Positions 56,516-64,000 of a stretch of 64,000 nucleotides of DNA are shown piece after piece. The DNA comes from Eukaryota sp. TZLM1-RC (taxonomy: Eukaryota; Protista; Metamonada: BaSk clade). Under the pieces are notes generated by a model. The model made no database searches. It had not been told where the DNA came from and worked only from the letters and a program-made list of their open reading frames with translations. The stretch lies in NCBI GenBank assembly GCA_040285825.1, contig JAUPSS010000007.1, positions 2,454,689 to 2,518,688 of the forward strand, written 5' to 3'. A program made the translations under genes and the position numbers. Positions within the stretch are counted from its first letter, which is position 1, and each line of letters starts with the position of its first letter.

Positions 56516-58576
56516 ATGCCAGTCACTGTACATTATCTTGATGGAGGACCTCCTAACCCATCGTTTTCTCCTCGTCCTCGCTATTTTTCTAAGAGGAAGT
56601 ATGTTCCACCATTGGACTTGAGACATATGGCCAATTCTAGTGAAAACTCTCCCAGTGGTCGTCATCAATCTTCTGAAGCAGCTCCTCTATTTCCTCCTGC
56701 CACAGATCGTTCTCAGTACTGCTACACAACCAGCCGCTATGATGGACCTAAAACTGCTTCTTCTCTTGCCCGAAAATTCGGTTGCAAAGCTGCAGGAGTC
56801 CTTTCGAAAAACCAATATATAACCAGATCAACCTCTCCCATCCATGTCCACTCATCCACCAACGCCGAAGTCTCTAGTCCTAATCTCGCTGACAGAGACG
56901 ATCGTCTTTATCAAAAGTTCATTTCTTCAAACCGCCATTCCACAAGGAGAGCTGGCCAAACACTCAACATTTCAGATGTTGTTTCAACCAACCCCAAAGA
57001 ATCTTCCCTTCCCGACTCTCTTCTTCCCGAATCTGTTCACGTTTACGAATCCACCGTCACCTCTACTGCTGATGACTATGACCCCGCTGACATCATGATC
57101 AAGGATGGTGAACTAAAGCGGAGAGTTTTCCCCACAAACACTACCTCAGAACTTCGCAAACGTGATCAAGCTTTGTTCTTGGTAGGTGCTGTCAAGGAGC
57201 TGGTCCAAAACGTACAGACTGATGATCCATCCCTCACTTTGGAGAATGAACGTGAACTTTTATTTACTTCTGGAAGAGAGATTGTACGTCAGGTGACTGT
57301 GGAATGCGCTGAAAGGGGTTCATTGTTGAATGCATTATTGGATCGGTACCATGCTTTGACTGGTGCTGCTCCCAAGATTCTTGGTATTGCTAATGATGAG
57401 GTTCAAAAAAGAAGTAAGATGCTGGTTGATTTGAAGGAGAGTTTTCAGAATTATCAATCAAATTTGATTGATATTGCGAAGAAAAGAGAAGAAGAATTGT
57501 TGAGTTTAATTCATCATTTAGAGAAACATCTAGAAGCTTTTGATGAAGATTTATCACGTTTAAGGTCAAATATTGTTGAAAGTCAATCAAAGTCAAGCAA
57601 TGCCACGTCAGCAGCTCAATTTATACCTCATCCAGTTGCTGTTCTGTTGGGCCAACCTGTACCATGTGCAAAAAGCTCTGATATTAAATTTTCTGATAGA
57701 TTTATCAATAGAATTGCTTTAAATCTTTTAAATTCCCACCTGTCATGTGTCAATTACTCAACTGCTATCAAGTCAAATTTATCTTCTACTTTTGTTCCTT
57801 CATTAAAGTATTTTTATGGTGCATCAGCGCCTTTAATAATGCATTCCATGAATAGAAATCTTTCTGGTACCTCTAAAGCCTGTTGTTTAGTACGTAAACT
57901 CTTCAATTTACCTTTAATTCCTCAAGTCCAAGATTCCAATGCCTTACCTGCTGTAGTTGCCTCTCTTGTCGTGCAATGGTGCTGCTTTGGACTGAGAAAG
58001 GCCCCTGTGTTTGAAGGGACACTTGTACCAATTGGGTGTGAGCCTAGTAGAGTAGTCGCTGTTTTTAAATGTATTATTGGTGAGCAAAGTAGTGAGTTGA
58101 GTAGTCTGACTTCTAATTTGGTTGATTTTGATTCAACTTTTGTTAAGTTTTTGGGTTGTGGATCTGAACTTGTCCCCATTTTACACATTGCTTCTAATGC
58201 TTTTGACTCGGTAAAGGCCACTGGTATCGATTCTAGATGTTTACCTCTACCTCCAGAAACTTTTGATCACCCTGTTATTAATGATGTTGATTTTACAGAT
58301 TTTGCCTGGCCTGATTCTAGTAATATTTATATCAGAAAAGCTAAATTAGCTGCTTCTTTTGATCTTTGTGGTTTAGCAGTTGGTTATCTCAGAGCCGGTT
58401 TGGCTGAAGCTGCTGGTAATTTAGAATTTTCATTGGTTAATTTATTTACCAATTTGTTAACAAATTTAAATAAGATTGCTACAGTTCCTCAAGAAGATTC
58501 AGTAGTTTCAAATTGTAATGTTTTGTTCAAACTACAACGATCTATTAGAAAATATGTTAAAAGGAAAAGAAATTGA
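56516..58576 (+). CDS. Axonemal dynein light-chain (p28-like) domain-containing protein, AXDND1-like
   Basis: REIVRQVTVECAERGSLL is the Ax_dynein_light signature, followed by coiled coil. First ATG is at 56516. Confidence 0.7.
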   Translation: MPVTVHYLDGGPPNPSFSPRPRYFSKRKYVPPLDLRHMANSSENSPSGRHQSSEAAPLFPPATDRSQYCYTTSRYDGPKTASSLARKFGCKAAGVLSKNQYITRSTSPIHVHSSTNAEVSSPNLADRDDRLYQKFISSNRHSTRRAGQTLNISDVVSTNPKESSLPDSLLPESVHVYESTVTSTADDYDPADIMIKDGELKRRVFPTNTTSELRKRDQALFLVGAVKELVQNVQTDDPSLTLENERELLFTSGREIVRQVTVECAERGSLLNALLDRYHALTGAAPKILGIANDEVQKRSKMLVDLKESFQNYQSNLIDIAKKREEELLSLIHHLEKHLEAFDEDLSRLRSNIVESQSKSSNATSAAQFIPHPVAVLLGQPVPCAKSSDIKFSDRFINRIALNLLNSHLSCVNYSTAIKSNLSSTFVPSLKYFYGASAPLIMHSMNRNLSGTSKACCLVRKLFNLPLIPQVQDSNALPAVVASLVVQWCCFGLRKAPVFEGTLVPIGCEPSRVVAVFKCIIGEQSSELSSLTSNLVDFDSTFVKFLGCGSELVPILHIASNAFDSVKATGIDSRCLPLPPETFDHPVINDVDFTDFAWPDSSNIYIRKAKLAASFDLCGLAVGYLRAGLAEAAGNLEFSLVNLFTNLLTNLNKIATVPQEDSVVSNCNVLFKLQRSIRKYVKRKRN

Positions 58577-58683
58577 TTAATTTTATATATTCATTTCATT
58601 AAACTTTTTTTGTTATTTTACACAATTCTTTCTTAAAATATAAATTGAAACTCAACCAATAAATATTGTACATTATATTAAAT

Positions 58684-60291
58684 TTAAATTCCTGCTCTTT
58701 CCCTTCCTAAAACATTCAACGCTGAAATATCCTTAAATAAAGGTACCTCAACTTCAATTAACAAAACTCCACCATCACTGAAACCAACAATCAGCAATGG
58801 ACATTCCTTATTCCATTTGATAGATGAAATTGAAACCTGTTCAATAGAGAAATTTTCATAATGTTGAGAAACATCTATTGTAAATAAAGGGGTATCTACA
58901 GATTCAGAGTAAACAGAAACTAAATCCCAAAATTCTATAATTCCATCAGCTTCAGCTACAGCTAAAACCTTACAGTTAAAAGGACACCATGCTAAATCAA
59001 CAGTAAAAGTGGGTCTGTTACAAGGTAAACTAAACAAAGGACTAGTATTTGAATCTTTCCAGATAACAACGCTTGTATCGTTAAAGGAAGAATCAGCTGA
59101 AGCAAAGTACTTCAAGTTCATTGGACAGCTTGAGATAGACTGTACCGCAGTTGAATGGCCAATAAAGGCTTGGAACTGCTCAACTAAAGTACTGGTTGAA
59201 GCAAGACACTTCAAAACAAGACCATCAAAAGTTCCTACCAAATAAGAACAATTATGATTGATTGATTCAAAACAGCAACAAAGAGGAGCTGCTAGTCGGT
59301 TAACAAAGGGCTCTGATTGATTAATCAATTTGAGTGGATTGGCAATGATTTTGAACTTCATAACGAGGCAACTATCAAAATTCTGCGAGACCTTCCAAGA
59401 CCGTGCGTATCCATCACGTGACACAGTCAACAATATTTCTTCTTCTCTATTGGTACTATAATTATTTGACTTATAGTGTCCCCAATACAAAGCAGAAACA
59501 GGGCCTGTATGTTTTGAATTAACTGAAGATTGAAAAATACAGTTACTCCTAAATATATCAATAACTTTAATGTGACCGTCCATGAGCCCAGCGGCCACAA
59601 ACAAAGGATTATTGGTGTAAGATGGTAAACCAATGGACGTAACAGGTGAAGGGCAAGGTATTGAACATATAGGGGAGAAAGAATTTGACAGAATATCAAA
59701 GACAAATACGTGACCAGGCGAGAAACTATCGGAATTTCCGAGACCAATAGCAAGATAGTTGCCGTTTGGAGAGAGGGAAAAACAGTAAACAATCATTCCT
59801 GATAGGTCAATATCAAGGACTTTCGAAGACTTCACCTTGAAGGAAGAAATATCATCAGAATTTGATGAAAACACATTTAATAGCCATTTCCAATTGATGT
59901 TCTGGTGGAGAGTAGACTCAACCTTGTTTAGGGGAAGAGAAGAGGGCATGGAGGAAGATGCGGATGACCTCGTGGAGGTGGATTGAGTGGAAGTGCTGAT
60001 GAGTGTCTCCCCAACAGTGATGCCCTTGGACTGACATGAGAGAGAATTAAACTGGGTGCCTTGTGAACGGAGGGGGTAAGCAAGGGTCTGGGTGTAGTGA
60101 TCTGCAAGAAGAGAGTGATCACGTCCACTTGCGTATTTAAGGAGGGTTTGTTCATACTTCATATTGGAACTAATAGTGGATTCATATAGTTCTTCAGATT
60201 GGGATTTGAAAACGGCCGTTGAAGGTCTTGAAAAAGGTACATGTAGCTCAGATTGCGTAAGTGTGACAGACTGAAACTCAGAATCATCCAT
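58684..60291 (-). CDS. WD40 protein, axonemal dynein intermediate chain (WDR78/IC138-like)
   Basis: WD repeats (HTGPVSALYW, LLTVSRDG, YLVGTFDG, GHSTAV, DLAWCP, DGIIEFWDL, LIVGFSDG) and an N-terminal QT..QGTQ light-chain-binding-like motif. Confidence 0.65.
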   Translation of the reverse strand: MDDSEFQSVTLTQSELHVPFSRPSTAVFKSQSEELYESTISSNMKYEQTLLKYASGRDHSLLADHYTQTLAYPLRSQGTQFNSLSCQSKGITVGETLISTSTQSTSTRSSASSSMPSSLPLNKVESTLHQNINWKWLLNVFSSNSDDISSFKVKSSKVLDIDLSGMIVYCFSLSPNGNYLAIGLGNSDSFSPGHVFVFDILSNSFSPICSIPCPSPVTSIGLPSYTNNPLFVAAGLMDGHIKVIDIFRSNCIFQSSVNSKHTGPVSALYWGHYKSNNYSTNREEEILLTVSRDGYARSWKVSQNFDSCLVMKFKIIANPLKLINQSEPFVNRLAAPLCCCFESINHNCSYLVGTFDGLVLKCLASTSTLVEQFQAFIGHSTAVQSISSCPMNLKYFASADSSFNDTSVVIWKDSNTSPLFSLPCNRPTFTVDLAWCPFNCKVLAVAEADGIIEFWDLVSVYSESVDTPLFTIDVSQHYENFSIEQVSISSIKWNKECPLLIVGFSDGGVLLIEVEVPLFKDISALNVLGRERAGI

Positions 60292-60369
60292 TGATACAGT
60301 TTGTAATTAGGAAGATATGTCTATTATGCGGTTTGGGTAAATTAAAGAGTTAATTACAAAAATTAATTA

Positions 60370-60809
60370 ACATTTCATCACAGTTGCAAAGTGCATAATA
60401 ATGCCAGGTACCAAATTTATGTAATGTCTAAATCATATCGAGTAGATTCCTTTTTAGAGCCTTTGCTATCAAGATTAATTCGTTATGACCCCAATATTGA
60501 TAGTACGCGTTACCACAGAGCTTCTGTGTGTCTGACAAGAAGTGATCTGGTTATTCCCGGCTTAAATCGTAGTTTTACTATTTCAGACTCCGTGTTCATT
60601 GACCCTTGTAATTCTTCTAACGAAAATTTCATTAATTCAGATTTAAATAATCCTCTTCTTGCTGTTCTTGTTTTTCTTTGCCAGGATCTCTAGGTAAGGC
60701 TGCTAGGGCTTGTCTTAAGGATTTTGTTGTAGTTGCTAAGGAAAGAACTAGAAGAATAGTCAATTGTGTTTACTGGCATAACTAACATTGTATTTGTAAT
60801 TTTTAAGGA
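60370..60809 (+). mobile_element. CRE-like retrotransposon fragment, family A, interrupted by a family C copy
   Basis: KVHNNARYQIYVMSKSYRVDSFLEPLL..RSDLVIPG..IDPCNSSNE is homologous to 7700-8200 and 39960-40420. Confidence 0.8.
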
Positions 60810-61781
60810 TTTTTTTTTAAAAACTGGAATATTTATTGAGATTAAAAGACCCATCTAGAATTCAATATCCTCCAAACAAGCGTCACTATTACTGAACCTA
60901 CTCACAGCATTACGTTCATATTCTACACCAATAGCTAAAAGTGCCTTTGAAATCATTGTTGGAATAGACTTGAAAATGCAAAAAAAAAACAATTCTATTT
61001 AACCAGAAAGTGGAGTTCATTGTTTTACCAGACCTATTCAATAACACTTTTTTAAAATTTTCAAAAAAGTGCAACCCTGAAGGTCCAATATTGCCAAAAA
61101 GAGAAATTGCAAACGGCACAAACTGATATTTCACATGTTCCACTCTACCTAACTGTGCCAAAGGTTCTTCATATTTTTTTATCTTCTTTTTTTCGGCGTT
61201 AGATAACGGCGAATCAGCGGAATACACTAAACGAGCAGCAGAATTTTTGCAAACATCAACTGAGACAACATCTACAACATTGAGAACACCATCGATCCCT
61301 GGAGCTACTAAATCTGCCCTTCTTTTACCAAAGGAATCATCCGTTTGATCTGAAGACAGCTTACGTACTAATGGCTCAATAAATGCCTCTATATTGCACT
61401 TTTGCACATGGCATATAACTGATCACGAACTGAGTCATGAACAATTGAGCGATAAGTTATAAAATACTTACAGTTAAAAATATGGGAAAGCGAAATCACA
61501 CCCTTGCAGCGACAAATTAAATCATTTGGTAAAGAACAAGGCCATAGAAAACATCTCATTCTCATTGCAGTGGTCCATTGGTGATCATTGAGTAGAAGGC
61601 CATAAATGTTGGGAATTTGGGAGATTAGGCAACTTGAGCAACTGTCTTCAAGATCAATCAAACAGTCTGCAAAAACTGGATTTTTTTTCTTTAGCCAAGC
61701 TAAGACGTACAATATAATCCAAGTTTTCTAAAACTTTTAAGATTTTTTTCTGCAATTTTGATGGTCTTGGCTGTTGGTTAT
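60810..61781 (-). mobile_element. CRE-like retrotransposon family C, with poly(A) tail at 60810-60818, cut by the gypsy insertion
   Basis: CRCKG..HIFNCKYF..VHDSVRDQ, RRADLVAPG, VVDVVSVDVC, EKKKIKKY, ending EDIEF* followed by AATAAA and an A-tail. Confidence 0.85.
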
Positions 61782-61912
61782 TGTCAGACATACAATGTAG
61801 AGTAACAGAAGTGTAATTTATTACGAAGAGGAATTATATTCACTCTTCTTAAGCTAACAGGTGGAATACTAATAACTAAACTATTGACTATAAATACTAT
61901 TCAAGACTAACA
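61782..61912 (-). repeat. 3' LTR (131 bp) of Ty3/gypsy element
   Basis: On the minus strand the polypurine tract AAAGAGAGGAAAAGGCAG is followed by TGTTAG...CTGACA inverted termini. It contains TATTTATA and AATAAA, and the CRE-like sequence resumes beyond it. Confidence 0.7.
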
Positions 61913-64000
61913 CTGCCTTTTCCTCTCTTTCGAGCGACGAGCCCTGAAAGCTCTAGTCACAGGAGGTGAACTAATGAAAATATGACGCTTCTTGGGAGGA
62001 GCGGATTTAGTACGGCGACGTGCTTTTGAAGTCTTGATAAAGTCTTTATACGCGGCAGTATTTTGGACTGTAGACACATGTTCGGTGGTGATCTCTTTTC
62101 CAGGCCATTGCACTTGGCAAAAGTCACCATCCTGACTGAGCACTTTTTCAATGATGTGTTCTTCGACATCACCTGCAGCGACCCAGGAGTGGAATTCATC
62201 GTTGGTGGGCAAGCTGGAGTGCCAAGGTGCTAAATGTTTGACGCTAGCTAGGACAATCGTACCTGTGCAGAGATTCTTAATATTCACAGACGAATTGGAT
62301 ACGATTTCAGTAATTAGGAAGGGTCCTAAATAGTCTCCATGAAGCTTAGCGGAAGAGCCAGATGCTCTCAATACCAATTGACCAACTTCAAAAGGGTTTG
62401 GAGTTGACGATCTAGTTAGCTTGGAAGCTTTGGAAGCTTGATGGTGTGCTGCCTTTTCCTGTTTCTCTTTCAATCTTCGAAATTTAGATTGAATTTCTTG
62501 AATAAAAGATGACTCAGACGTCGAGCTTTCAATGATTTCAAGAATTTTGCCAGGGTCTGATCTGGGGGACACATCTGAGCCAAAGATCACTTGGTATGGG
62601 GTGTGGTTGGTTATTGAGCTCTTGGAAGAGTTGATCAATAATTGCACATAAGGCAAGTATTCAGACCACACATCGTAGGCATTGAAGTCTACGAGCAATT
62701 TCCGTAGGTTTTGCAGGATGTCTCTGTGTCGGCGCTCTACCAAGCCGTTGGACGGAGAAAACCTAGGTATTGACTTTGACACCTCTATGCCCAAAAATTT
62801 GCTTAATTCGTCAAAGACAGCCTTGGAAAATTCGGGTCCATTATCGCTGTGGATTTGAAATGGAATACCAAAGATGGCACAGACTTTCCAAACTAATGCA
62901 TCTGCAGTAAGATTGGCATTTATCTCTTTTAAAAGCACGATGATCGTGAACCTAGAGAAGCTGTCAATAAATACGAGGATGTATTTGTAGCCTTCTTGAT
63001 CTTCTGGAAGAGGACCAATGACGTCGGCATTGACGCGAGCAAAAGGTCTGTCAGCCCACAATGAACCGGTTGGGGAAACATGCAGTTTGGGAACTGGCTT
63101 TGTTTTCTGACAGGAGGGGCATTCTTGGACGTGCTTATTCATGTCGGTGAGCATGTTTGGCCACCAATAATCGCTGTTCCTGAGCTTGTTCAGGCTTTCA
63201 GCTTTGCTTGGATGACCTCCTTGCAGAAGTCCATGCAACAAGTTAAGGGTGTCCTTAATGAGTGATTTGGGAATCACTATCTTGTTGTCGTGAGTCATAT
63301 ATAAATCAAGATGATTGTTATGAACACAGTTGTTGAAAGAGGGGTCTTTGGAAGCTATGGCAAGCTTCTGTTCGGACCTAATCCTACAGAGCCATGGCTC
63401 GAAAATAGGCAGGTCGTTGGAACATCGTTCTCTGATGACCATGATACGTTCGAAGTTGTTTAAGTCTTCGATGTAGTATCTTTCATTTTCTGTTCCGTCA
63501 ATTTTATCAATGTAAAATATTGGATGAAAATTTGGAGGCATTTGATGGGACAAATGATTGATCTCTTGATGGTCTATAGGCGGAACTATTCGAGACAACA
63601 TATCAGACCAGAAGTTATCTTCCCCTTTGGTATGTACCAAATCAAAGCAGAATTCAGAGAATATGGGTAACCATCTTGTTACAATTCTGTTCTTCTCAGG
63701 AGCCGTGAACATGTAGGTAAGGTTTTGATGGTCTGTGAATATAACCAGTTTCCTTCCTTTCAAGTAGTTTTCAAAACCACTTTGAGTTAACATGAGTAGG
63801 ATAGCATAGAGTTCCTTTTGGTTTGTCGGCCAGTTCTTTTGCGAGTTGGTTAACAACCGGCTGAAGAAGCTGATAGGCCTACATTTCCTGTTGATCAAGG
63901 GGGTACCGGGGTCGTCGACTTGTTCGATTTGTTCCCATATGACGCCGCCTACAGCAATGTCGGATGCGTCGCAACTAATTAAAATTTGGTTTTCCAGCGG
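61907..64000 (-). mobile_element. Ty3/gypsy LTR retrotransposon pol (RNase H, integrase, chromodomain-like tail); open to window end
   Basis: RNase H ISCDASDIAVGGV, KELYAI, TDHQNL. Integrase HHCC (H..GH...CPSC) and ADVIGP / SDNGPEF / NGLVERRH (DDE). Chromo-like IEKVLSQ..CQVQWPG. No stops from 64000 to 61907. Confidence 0.92.

Overview
AT-rich, gene-dense eukaryotic DNA read in the standard genetic code, from an anaerobic flagellated protist; a free-living metamonad-like lineage is my inference. I reconstructed 11 tiny GT-AG introns of 29-34 nt. Host genes are TAF11, a PP2C phosphatase, a [FeFe]-hydrogenase fused to a flavodoxin/FAD/NADPH (CPR/CysJ-like) module, a flavodoxin-less TYW1 radical SAM enzyme head-to-head with pyruvate:ferredoxin oxidoreductase, tRNA-Lys(UUU), a RecQ helicase, a cytoplasmic dynein heavy chain, a WRN-type exonuclease, Sam50, NPL4, an LRR/ankyrin protein, CDK1/2, an axonemal dynein light-chain-domain protein and a WD40 dynein intermediate chain-like protein. 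Intergenic space holds decayed CRE-like (RT+RLE) non-LTR retrotransposons, a Ty3/gypsy element with a ~131-bp LTR, MITE-like repeats and two different disrupted Fanzor/TnpB-like genes. Each Fanzor is followed by a structured hairpin region (candidate omegaRNA), and one adjoins a Ulp1-protease plus family-B polymerase relic. The most notable items are the Fanzor/omegaRNA loci, the hydrogenase-CPR/TYW1/PFO Fe-S gene neighbourhood, and a 9-nt microexon in the H-cluster motif.
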